This document shows, in pieces, positions 51,043 to 59,552 of a DNA stretch of 64,000 nucleotides (position 1 is the first letter of the stretch; every line of letters starts with the position of its first letter). Location of the stretch: NCBI GenBank assembly GCA_964486995.1, contig CAZAOV010000002.1, forward strand, positions 26,559 to 90,558. The letters run 5' to 3'. The stretch comes from an uncultured Gammaproteobacteria bacterium (GTDB lineage Bacteria; Patescibacteriota; Patescibacteriia; SG8-24). The position numbers and the translations under genes are program-made. The notes below the pieces were generated by a model. That model was given only the letters and a program-made list of their open reading frames with translations, did no database searches and was not told where the DNA came from.

Positions 51043-52260
51043 ATGTTTAAAAGAATCGGTCTTATAGTTCTGTTTATCGCGGTAACCTTCGCCATCGGTT
51101 TAGGACTGTACTTTATGATCTTTGGGTTGCCCGAAGCAGAGCCAGAAATTCCGCCGGAGGAAATCGTTAACGTTCCACCAACCGGTTTGGAACCGTCGGA
51201 ACCAGCCAAACCGACTGTTCCGCCCGAGGAGCAGGAGGTGGGCCTGCCCCAGCCGCCGGCAGTTTCGCCGATTGCTGATGGTGGCATCACACAAGTTACG
51301 CCAGTTACGCCCGCTTCGACCAGAAGCGCCATGCTAAACGATTCCGGAGAGTTGAGCTACTACAACCGTAACGACGGAAAGTTCTATCGCGTTAAAGACG
51401 ACGGAACGATTATGTCGCTGTCGGATGAAGTTTTCTATAACGTGAACGAAGCCACTTTCAATCCAAGCGGCGATAGCGCTATCCTGGAATATCCAGACGG
51501 CTCTAACATCTACTACGATTTCACCACCGATACCCAAGTCACCCTGCCCCAGCATTGGGAAGATTTCGATTTCAGCCCACAAGGCAATCAAATTGCCGCC
51601 AAGAGTGTGGGCTTGGACCCGTCGAACAGGTTCGTTATCGTATCTAATCCAGACGGCTCGGGTGCAAAGCCAGTCCAAGAGATGGGCCAGAACCAAGATG
51701 AAGTTATCGTTGACTGGTCACCAAACAATCAGATAGTAGCCACGGCCACCACCGGACGAAAGCTGGGCGTCGATCGGCACGAAGTGTATTTCATCGGTCA
51801 GCACCACGAAAACTTCCGCTCCCTGATTGTAGAGGGTTTGAATTTCCAGCCGAAATGGTCACCGTCTGGAGAGCAGCTCCTGTACTCGTCAGCAAGCAGC
51901 ACCTCGGATTGGAAACCGCAGCTTTGGATTGTTGACGGGTCTGGTGATGACATCGGTCTGAACCGTCGTTCCATCAGTGTGGAAACCTGGGCCGAAAAAT
52001 GTACGTTCGCTGACCAAGAAACTCTGTACTGCGCCGTACCGCGCGAACTACCGCGCGGCGCCGGTCTGCAACCACGTATTGCAGACAACACTCCGGACGA
52101 TATCGTGAAAATTGATATGGTGACTGGTCTGCAGACTTCCGTGGCAATTCCAGAAGGCTCACATACCATCGACTCCATCATGCTGACTCCGGACGGAAAA
52201 AATCTCTATTTCACCGACAAGGGCACCGGTCAGCTCAATCAGATAAAATTAAGACCGTAA
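51043..52260 (+). CDS. membrane-anchored beta-propeller protein (TolB/PD40-like)
   Basis: TM, Pro/Glu linker, repeated FSPQG / WSPNN / WSPSG / LTPDG. Confidence 0.85.
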   Translation: MFKRIGLIVLFIAVTFAIGLGLYFMIFGLPEAEPEIPPEEIVNVPPTGLEPSEPAKPTVPPEEQEVGLPQPPAVSPIADGGITQVTPVTPASTRSAMLNDSGELSYYNRNDGKFYRVKDDGTIMSLSDEVFYNVNEATFNPSGDSAILEYPDGSNIYYDFTTDTQVTLPQHWEDFDFSPQGNQIAAKSVGLDPSNRFVIVSNPDGSGAKPVQEMGQNQDEVIVDWSPNNQIVATATTGRKLGVDRHEVYFIGQHHENFRSLIVEGLNFQPKWSPSGEQLLYSSASSTSDWKPQLWIVDGSGDDIGLNRRSISVETWAEKCTFADQETLYCAVPRELPRGAGLQPRIADNTPDDIVKIDMVTGLQTSVAIPEGSHTIDSIMLTPDGKNLYFTDKGTGQLNQIKLRP

Positions 52261-52268
52261 CTTTTTCG

Positions 52269-52338
52269 GTAGCTGCACAGCTTGTCTGCGCCCGTCAATA
52301 ATCTTAAAGTGCTGGGCGGAGACAAGCTCCGCAGCTAC
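52269..52338. repeat. REPIN-like inverted pair, family A
   Basis: gtagctgcacagcttgtctgcgccc ... gggcggagacaagctccgcagctac. Confidence 0.8.
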
Positions 52339-52347
52339 GACGATACT

Positions 52348-53010
52348 ATGAAGCGTTCCCCCCTGTTCCTTGGCATCCTAACGCTGGCAGCAATCCTGCT
52401 GCTCATGGTGTATGGCATTTCAGCCATCGCACCGCTGTTTGAGGTAAAAGAAGAGGAGCCGAAAGCAGAACAGCCGCAAATAGCGACACCCACTATTGAT
52501 TTCGGCAACCCGAGCTTCGGCCCAAGTAACGCTGACCTGACCATTGTGGTATATGGCGACTATCAGTGCCCGTCGTGTGCCGGTTTTGATGCCACACTGG
52601 TGAAAGTGTTATCTGACTTCCCAAACGTCAGGCTGGTCTGGAAGGATATTCCAAACACCAGTCGTTACGCCGAATCCAGGGACGCGGCCATCGCCGGACG
52701 CTGCGCCAAAGAACAGGGCGCTTTCTGGGAGTATCATGATATTTTAATGGCTAATCGAGATTCGCTAACCGAAACCAACTATCCGATATTCGCGATGCAA
52801 CTTGGATTAGATTCAGAACAGTTCCTCTCTTGCCTGCAAGACCGCACACCAGACGCACTGATTCAACGAGACATCGATGAAGCTATCGCTATCGGCGTCA
52901 ACGCCTCACCTTATGTGTTTATTGGCAATCAACCCTACGCCGGCAGTATGCCCGAAGAACGTCTGCGAACAATAATCGAGTCCGAACTGGATCGTCTCGG
53001 AACTCCATAA
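52348..53010 (+). CDS. membrane-anchored DsbA-family thiol-disulfide oxidoreductase
   Basis: TM, GDYQCPSC, FWEYHD, GVNASP (cis-Pro loop). Confidence 0.92.
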   Translation: MKRSPLFLGILTLAAILLLMVYGISAIAPLFEVKEEEPKAEQPQIATPTIDFGNPSFGPSNADLTIVVYGDYQCPSCAGFDATLVKVLSDFPNVRLVWKDIPNTSRYAESRDAAIAGRCAKEQGAFWEYHDILMANRDSLTETNYPIFAMQLGLDSEQFLSCLQDRTPDALIQRDIDEAIAIGVNASPYVFIGNQPYAGSMPEERLRTIIESELDRLGTP

Positions 53011-53026
53011 AAAACAAGCCGACCAC

Positions 53027-53800
53027 ATGCCGGACAAGAAAAACAAAACGAAAAAATGGACCGGCGCTGGAGCGACCGCTTTGGTGGCTTTTTATTTACT
53101 TATGCCTCTCTCCGCAAACGCGTTTTGTTTGATAACCGAAGGCACCAGCTGCGGCCCTGAATGTGAAGAAGCGGAAGATTGCGGGTTCTTTGAAGACAGT
53201 GCGACAGGACGTTGTGAAATGACCGTTGATGCGGAAACTGAAACATCGGATCTGTTCTGTCGCGACGCCGCAGAGTTGGTGGAAGACGCCGCGGTGGCGG
53301 AGGCGGCCGCCGAGGCAACCGACCAAGCAATACAAGAAAGACGAGAGCGAGAGGCACGAATCGCTGGTCAGGACGCCCTGCCAGACCTTTCGGTGAGCAT
53401 TCCGGGCGTTCAGTTTTCTGAAATCAGGAAGACAAAGTCCGATGATGGGATGTACTACATCATAGAAATACCCTGGATGGCTGACTATATTATCGGCGTA
53501 TATCGCTATTCGGTTTTCATCGGCAGTATTCTGTCCGTAGTAATGATAATGATCGGCGGAATTCAATGGCTTACAGCCGGCGGCGACGCCAGCCGAGTGA
53601 CTAACGCCAAAAACCGAATCAACAATGCCGTAGTTGGGCTAGTGCTCATATTGGGATCGTTCTTGGTACTAAATACCATTAACCCGAGGCTGACCATGCT
53701 AAATCCACTACAGGTAAAAGTGGTAAACGAGGAACGCTACAACGTTCGTGAGGTACTGCAGACGACCACCGAAGACACCGGCAACCCGCTAGAGCTATAA
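53027..53800 (+). CDS. CPR-type pilin (TrbC/VirB2-like) with Cys-rich N-terminal region
   Basis: Signal ANA; IPWMADYI..VYRY; GG.QWLTAGG...V..AK.RI..AV.GL.L...SF..LNTINP. Confidence 0.85.
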   Translation: MPDKKNKTKKWTGAGATALVAFYLLMPLSANAFCLITEGTSCGPECEEAEDCGFFEDSATGRCEMTVDAETETSDLFCRDAAELVEDAAVAEAAAEATDQAIQERREREARIAGQDALPDLSVSIPGVQFSEIRKTKSDDGMYYIIEIPWMADYIIGVYRYSVFIGSILSVVMIMIGGIQWLTAGGDASRVTNAKNRINNAVVGLVLILGSFLVLNTINPRLTMLNPLQVKVVNEERYNVREVLQTTTEDTGNPLEL

Positions 53801-53805
53801 ATAAT

Positions 53806-54768
53806 ATGCAGTTTATAAAGAAAAATCTCTACGCCATAGCAGTCGCGATTATCGTAGGCGTGTTTACTATCGTAATCTCGCTGTTGCCGCTAGTTCCCAC
53901 TTCCAACCCAACCCAATTTGACGTAGCCGAAGCCGAAGCCAGGTTAGCGACGCTGGTTTCTGACGTTGGTTCAGAAAACTATAATTGCCCTTTCGAGTCT
54001 GTAAATAACATCACTGTTGGGGTAAGGCATCCGCCACGCGTTAGCGGCCAGCGCACGCAGATTTTCGTTCGTGAAGTGCTGAATATAATTCCAGCGGACT
54101 CCGACGTCCGTGAAAAGATCCTTCTGGTTGCTGACCTGGCGATTCGCTGTAAAGTATTTTTTGGCAGCTGCGGACGCTCGGCCGGCGCCGTTTATGCCTT
54201 AGCCGGCATCGGGGATGATGATGACCCGCCACCCACACCAAGAGAATCCAATTGTATGTTCTCAGAAGATGGCTGCAATCTAGATATCAGAAAAAAGAGA
54301 GTGCCTGAAACGGAAGAGGGTATGTATCTACGCGGCAATCTTTCGCGGATAATTATCGGGCAAAACTGCAACTCTCCAAGTGACTCCCGACGAAGAAATT
54401 GCTTCGATTCCGGACCGCAAGCCAAAAGACACGTTAGCGAGCAAATCAGTCGGTCTTTACAGAATTATCCAAACCGTTGGTCCGACCACCTAGAACCCGG
54501 TGACTGGCTGTATATCTATAACGGCAATTCAACACCCATCGGTTCACATAGCGTCATATTCCTGGGTTGGGAAAACGAGGCGCAGGGCTGGGCTTATATA
54601 TATGAAGGCAACCCGCGCTCATGGCTTGGCCGAGACCATACACCGGTAAACGAACGGCTTCAGGAAACTAGGGTTAGACTGAATCGAGCCTGCCTGAAAA
54701 GCGAGTGCGGCAATTGGTACCCGATTGTTCTGGTATATGACCCGGAATCAGCTGAAATGATTAATTAA
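53806..54768 (+). CDS. membrane-anchored putative Cys/His amidase (CHAP/NlpC-P60-like); stand-alone version of the pilin-fused domain
   Basis: N-terminal TM; GSCGR ... PGDWLYIYNGN...GSHSVIFLGW ... YEGN. Confidence 0.65.
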   Translation: MQFIKKNLYAIAVAIIVGVFTIVISLLPLVPTSNPTQFDVAEAEARLATLVSDVGSENYNCPFESVNNITVGVRHPPRVSGQRTQIFVREVLNIIPADSDVREKILLVADLAIRCKVFFGSCGRSAGAVYALAGIGDDDDPPPTPRESNCMFSEDGCNLDIRKKRVPETEEGMYLRGNLSRIIIGQNCNSPSDSRRRNCFDSGPQAKRHVSEQISRSLQNYPNRWSDHLEPGDWLYIYNGNSTPIGSHSVIFLGWENEAQGWAYIYEGNPRSWLGRDHTPVNERLQETRVRLNRACLKSECGNWYPIVLVYDPESAEMIN

Positions 54769-54771
54769 CAT

Positions 54772-56226
54772 ATGAATTCATCGCGCACGCGAAAAAATAA
54801 TAATATTCGCCGAATACAAGTTTTTGGTGTCTTGCTTTTGGCCGTGGTAGCGCTCTGGCCAGGCGCCATGCTGGCGGCAGACTGTAGTATCGGTGAAAAC
54901 GACATATTTTGTGCGAGCTGCGAAGTGGGTGACCGTTGTGTCACCGACGGAACCGAACGTGGAACCTGCCAGGTTGTACCCGAAGGAACCGAAGACAGCA
55001 CCGTCTCCGAAGGCGTAGTGATTCGGGCCGGCAATAAAATCTGTACCAACAACGGCACTACGCCGGCCATGTTGCCCTCTTCCGGAGATGGCGATGGGGG
55101 TGGCAGCGGAAATGCTCCCAGCACACCAATCGGCCCGACGTTTGCCGTGAATATCCCCACGGTGCAGATTACGGGAACACAAACATCACAGACCGAAGAC
55201 GGGGAATATTATCAAGTAGACATCCCGTGGATTGCCGATTATATCACCGGCGTTTATCGCTATGCGGTGTTTTTTGGGAGCGTTTTAGCGGCCGTGCTAT
55301 TCATGCTTGCTGGCCTGCAATGGTTAACCGCGGGCGGCAACGCCAGCCGAGTAGGTGCGGCAAAAAAACGTATGGTGGATACCACCATCGGATTGGTGCT
55401 GATTCTCGGTACATTTCTAATTCTAAACACGGTCAATCCTGAATTAACTTCGCTGAGGCCGTTACGCGTAAAAACTGTTCCGCTAGATCCTCTAGAGGTG
55501 GAGATGCACTCGACTACTGTGGCCACAAGCGTTCCCGGCGACAGCACTTATGACGTTCGAAGCGACAGCGGGACGTACGTGGCGCAATATTTTAACGATT
55601 GCCCGTTCGACTTACCGGAATCGCTTAACACTCCGCCTAATTGCGAGGGTCGAAACACGTTTGCTCACCCCACTTGCCGTGAGCGGGTATTTTTCGAGCG
55701 AATTTACCCGATGCTTGAAGGTGACACCAGTCAAAAATACGTCATGGCCATGGAAGCAGCCTGGAAATGCCGAGTAAAGCTTGGTTCCTGCGGTCGTACC
55801 CTTTCAGATCTGGCAGAGTTAGCTCTTTCTGGCCCCAATGCTGAATGTCTACAGCAGGAAAACCGAGGACGTTTCCCGATTGGATGTATGGACACCTACC
55901 GAAGCCGCGCTCAAAACACCACTGTCCGCGGCTGGAATGAGCGCGAGGGAAAAACGAGCGCGGAAATCCTGGACATTCTTCGAACGGAAAATCCGGGATA
56001 TCCAGATAACCTAAACATCGGACCGGGTGCCATCGTCACGTACTACAACGGGAACCCTTCTGCTGGCGGAAGTCACCGTGTTTTTGTCGCCGGCTTCAAC
56101 GAGGAGACGGGCATGGCGCAGTTATTGGAAGGACAGGTCGGCTCACCGCCAACCAGTCGCGATGTATGCATGTCTAGCGTGTGCCGTAGGTATCCGCCAA
56201 TCGGTATTGTTTCATATTTGCGCTAA
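54772..56226 (+). CDS. CPR-type pilin fused to putative Cys/His amidase domain
   Basis: Pilin motif QWLTAGG..LNTVNP, then GSCGR ... PGAIVTYYNGN...GSHRVF ... LEGQ. Confidence 0.8.
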   Translation: MNSSRTRKNNNIRRIQVFGVLLLAVVALWPGAMLAADCSIGENDIFCASCEVGDRCVTDGTERGTCQVVPEGTEDSTVSEGVVIRAGNKICTNNGTTPAMLPSSGDGDGGGSGNAPSTPIGPTFAVNIPTVQITGTQTSQTEDGEYYQVDIPWIADYITGVYRYAVFFGSVLAAVLFMLAGLQWLTAGGNASRVGAAKKRMVDTTIGLVLILGTFLILNTVNPELTSLRPLRVKTVPLDPLEVEMHSTTVATSVPGDSTYDVRSDSGTYVAQYFNDCPFDLPESLNTPPNCEGRNTFAHPTCRERVFFERIYPMLEGDTSQKYVMAMEAAWKCRVKLGSCGRTLSDLAELALSGPNAECLQQENRGRFPIGCMDTYRSRAQNTTVRGWNEREGKTSAEILDILRTENPGYPDNLNIGPGAIVTYYNGNPSAGGSHRVFVAGFNEETGMAQLLEGQVGSPPTSRDVCMSSVCRRYPPIGIVSYLR

Positions 56227-57803
56227 TGACGATTCGACGAAATACAATTAGACGCACCCTGTCACTGTCGCTACTTTCGACAATGATTTTCGTGTTTGGA
56301 TCAGTTTTTCCGGTCCGGGCGGACGAGGAATTCATTCTTTCTACCGACGGTAAATGCTGCCCGAATCCGACGTATGACTGTTGCGAAGAGGAGAACCGCT
56401 GCTCGGGCACCGATTGTGGGCCCGAAGAGGTGTCTCCAGCTCCGGGCAGATGCTCCATCACCCGAGACGACAGAGATGCCGAAGTGGTGGGTGAACACAG
56501 CTCTTCATGTCTGACGGTCCAAGGCGAAGAGGTAGAAGGAGAGGAAACGACGCAAGACGCAATTCCGGAAAGCACCGCCCCCGGACCGCCGATAGAACCC
56601 GAGTTGGCTATCAATATACCGACAGTGACTTTCTCCGATGTTCAAGTAACCGCCGGCGAGGGCTATAACTATATCGACATTCCTTGGCTAGCGGACTATA
56701 CGGCCGGAATCTACCGCTATGCGGTGTTTATTGGCAGTGTTTTTGCGGCAGTAATGTTTATGGTTGGCGGCCTACAGTGGCTGACAGCCGGCGGCAACAC
56801 TTCACGAGTCAGCGCAGCGAAGACTAGGATACGCGATTCAATCGTCGGTCTGGTGCTGATACTCGGTTCTTATCTTCTGCTCAACACCATTAACCCCGGA
56901 CTCACTTCCATGCAGCCCTTGCGGGTGAAGGTGGTGCAAAAAGACCCCCTGCGAGTCAGCATGATGACCACTACGGCTAACACTTCTGACCCGGACTCAT
57001 CTAGTGGCGGCGGTGACCGCAGCTTTGGCGGGCGCATGGAGCCGCTCTCCGGCTCATATACGCGAGGAGTTACCGATTGTCCGCTTGACCTGGAAGCGGA
57101 ACCGGCCACGGTTTTACCCAACAGACCCGGAAGATCCAGGGAATTCGCCCAACAAATTGGTGATGTTTATGCCGGCAGTAATGTGCGAGATAAAGTTCTG
57201 CGGATTGCGGAGGCAACGGTTGCTTGCGAAATATATTTTGGTAGTTGCGGCCGTACTGGAGGTACTATTTATGCGCTAGCTGGCGTTTCGGTCGGTGCCG
57301 ACAATACGGGCGATGATCCTTCATGCATTTGGGCCGACAGTGACGCTTGTGGTGGCACTTGGGGTGCGATTGGCGGGCAAGCTAACGTGAACTGGCCTCA
57401 GCTGCGGACTTACCGTACCTGTACCGGCTCCGGCGACAGTCGTAGCTGCAACCGAACCGCTTCCGAGGCAACTGAAGTAGCTCGGGACGATATTACCGGC
57501 GCAGAAGACTACCCTGATTCGCTGGCCAATATCTTGGAGCCGGGTGACATAATGATTATTTATAACGGCAATAGTAGTCCAGCCGGTTCGCACACCATGA
57601 TTTTTATGGGTTGGGATACCGGTGGTTGGGCTCATGTTATAGACGGTTCAGCTCAGCGCTTGGCCGGCTACAGCCGCTATTGCATCAAGGAATCCTGCGG
57701 AAATCAACGTAAACCTCTGCTCTGGGTGCACAAACCGGTCTGCGACAACTTAGGCCGCGGACATCGCTGCGAAGACGACTACGGAAATACCCCAACGGAA
57801 TAA
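56226..57803 (+). CDS. CPR-type pilin fused to putative Cys/His amidase domain
   Basis: TAATG coupling to the previous gene; pilin motif; GSCGR ... PGDIMIIYNGN...GSHTMIFMGW ... IDGS. Confidence 0.8.
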   Translation: MTIRRNTIRRTLSLSLLSTMIFVFGSVFPVRADEEFILSTDGKCCPNPTYDCCEEENRCSGTDCGPEEVSPAPGRCSITRDDRDAEVVGEHSSSCLTVQGEEVEGEETTQDAIPESTAPGPPIEPELAINIPTVTFSDVQVTAGEGYNYIDIPWLADYTAGIYRYAVFIGSVFAAVMFMVGGLQWLTAGGNTSRVSAAKTRIRDSIVGLVLILGSYLLLNTINPGLTSMQPLRVKVVQKDPLRVSMMTTTANTSDPDSSSGGGDRSFGGRMEPLSGSYTRGVTDCPLDLEAEPATVLPNRPGRSREFAQQIGDVYAGSNVRDKVLRIAEATVACEIYFGSCGRTGGTIYALAGVSVGADNTGDDPSCIWADSDACGGTWGAIGGQANVNWPQLRTYRTCTGSGDSRSCNRTASEATEVARDDITGAEDYPDSLANILEPGDIMIIYNGNSSPAGSHTMIFMGWDTGGWAHVIDGSAQRLAGYSRYCIKESCGNQRKPLLWVHKPVCDNLGRGHRCEDDYGNTPTE

Positions 57804-57831
57804 TCTCCGGACGAGAAAGAAGGCTAACTGC

Positions 57832-57896
57832 AAAACCGTCAGACTTGTTTTAAGGCGGCGGCGTATTCGCTCGTTTAGAACAAGTCTGACGGTTTT
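57832..57896. repeat. inverted repeat element, family C; probably also terminates the pilin operon
   Basis: aaaaccgtcagacttgtt ... aacaagtctgacggtttt; half-copies at ~36530-36548 and ~23985-24002. Confidence 0.75.
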
Positions 57897-58075
57897 TTCG
57901 CAGGTGCGTCATTAATAATCCCTTGCCAAAAAACGGCGAGGGGTTTTAGGTATGGTAGGATAGAAGATATTGAGGTGTTTGGAGATGGTGGTATGTTGAG
58001 CGCTTACCCGGCACAAACCCAACATCTCTGAATACCCGTGAACATCTAAACATCGTTCAGCTAAAATACACCTAT

Positions 58076-59443
58076 ATGAGAACCGCTACTCAGATATTCG
58101 TTTGTTCTAAGTGTGATGCGCAGTCGCCGAAATGGACTGGGCAGTGTTTGGAGTGCGGGGGTTGGGGGACGGTAGCGGCAGCGGCACAACAGGCGAGGGG
58201 CGATGAGTCAGGAGCAGAGAGAGGAGCAATTCAGGCTGCCCCCGCAAAAGTTGAGGCGTTCAGCTCCATCAAGACAGAAACCACTCAACGTTCAGAGATT
58301 GGCATTGATGAAATTGATCGGGTGTTTGGCGGTGGAGTTGTGCCGGGGTCGGTGACGCTGATTGGTGGTGAGCCGGGTATTGGTAAGTCGACGATTTGCC
58401 TGCAGATCGCGGGGCGAGTGGCCATTCAGGGCAAGGTGGTTTACGCGTCGGGTGAAGAATCCGGTTCGCAGGTGAAGGGGCGCGCGCAGCGCATTGGCGC
58501 ACCCGCAGACAACCTGCTGTTTCTCGGTAAGACCGAAGTGGAAACAATTATTGCTACTTTGCATCGCGAAAAACCGCTGCTAGCGGTGATTGATTCGGTG
58601 CAGATGCTGCGCTCAGCCGAGATTCCGGCCGAGACCGGTGCAGTGAGTACTATCCGCGGTGCCACAGCCAAGCTCGTGGCTTATGCCAAGTCGTCAGACA
58701 CCCCCCTGCTGCTGGTCGGACACGTGACCAAAGACGGTAATGTGGCCGGACCAAAAACCTTAGAACACCTGGTTGACGCCGTGTTATCTTTCGAAGGGGA
58801 GCGAACCGGACAGCTGAGATTGCTGCGCGTGCTCAAGAACCGCTACGGCTCCACCGACGAGACCGGACTGTTTGAGATGACCGGTGAAGGGCTCAAAGAA
58901 ATCAAAAATCCTTCTGCTTATATGCTGGATGAGCGCGGCGACGCGGCATCTGGGAATGTTGTTTCGTGCATTTTGGAAGGGACGCGTCCTGTACTGGTCG
59001 ACATTCAGGCTCTAGTCACGAAAACTGCGTTCGGCTATCCGACGCGGCGCGCCTCGGGCATGGATCAATCGCGGTTAGAGATGCTAATCGCAGTGCTGGC
59101 CGCGCGCGGCGGAATCGACCTTAGTCAGCACGATGTTTACGTGAACATCGTCGGCGGATTAAAACTAAAAGATCCGTCAATAGATTTAGCGGTTTTGATG
59201 GCGCTTACTTCAGCTCGCAAAGATGAACCGTTCCGCGACATCGCTGTCTGGGGCGAGGTCGGCTTGGGCGGAGAGGTGCGGCCGGTACCGTCAACCGACC
59301 GCCGTATCACTGAAGCCACCAAACTAGGAATCAAAAAAGCGGTCGCCTCTCTGCCAAGAAAGAAAACCGCCATCAAACTTAGTGATGATATTGAGGTCAA
59401 AGATGTTAGGAATGTTAGAGATGCGTTGGGATTGTTGAAGTAG
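58076..59443 (+). CDS. radA: DNA repair protein RadA/Sms
   Basis: C..C / C..C zinc finger, GEPGIGKS, KNRYG, Lon-like C-terminus. Confidence 0.97.
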   Translation: MRTATQIFVCSKCDAQSPKWTGQCLECGGWGTVAAAAQQARGDESGAERGAIQAAPAKVEAFSSIKTETTQRSEIGIDEIDRVFGGGVVPGSVTLIGGEPGIGKSTICLQIAGRVAIQGKVVYASGEESGSQVKGRAQRIGAPADNLLFLGKTEVETIIATLHREKPLLAVIDSVQMLRSAEIPAETGAVSTIRGATAKLVAYAKSSDTPLLLVGHVTKDGNVAGPKTLEHLVDAVLSFEGERTGQLRLLRVLKNRYGSTDETGLFEMTGEGLKEIKNPSAYMLDERGDAASGNVVSCILEGTRPVLVDIQALVTKTAFGYPTRRASGMDQSRLEMLIAVLAARGGIDLSQHDVYVNIVGGLKLKDPSIDLAVLMALTSARKDEPFRDIAVWGEVGLGGEVRPVPSTDRRITEATKLGIKKAVASLPRKKTAIKLSDDIEVKDVRNVRDALGLLK

Positions 59444-59450
59444 TTAATAG

Positions 59451-59541
59451 CATGGAAGTATAGAAGTATAGCGGGTCGCTCTCAGCTGTTTGAGCGCGCG
59501 AACTTCTGAATATTTCCTGCTAAACCTCTACACATCTACAC
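59451..59541. repeat. degenerate octamer-armed element, family B-like
   Basis: agtataga repeats ... ctacac repeats between convergent radA and recG. Confidence 0.6.
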
Positions 59542-59552
59542 AACCAACCCAC

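Noticed and set aside
53027-57803. VirB2-like pilins as a conjugative element
   Set aside because: No VirB4, VirD4, relaxase or integrase in the window; the genes are embedded between clpC and radA
53027-57803. Diversity-generating retroelement acting on the pilin paralogs
   Set aside because: No reverse transcriptase and no near-identical TR/VR pair with adenine-specific differences seen
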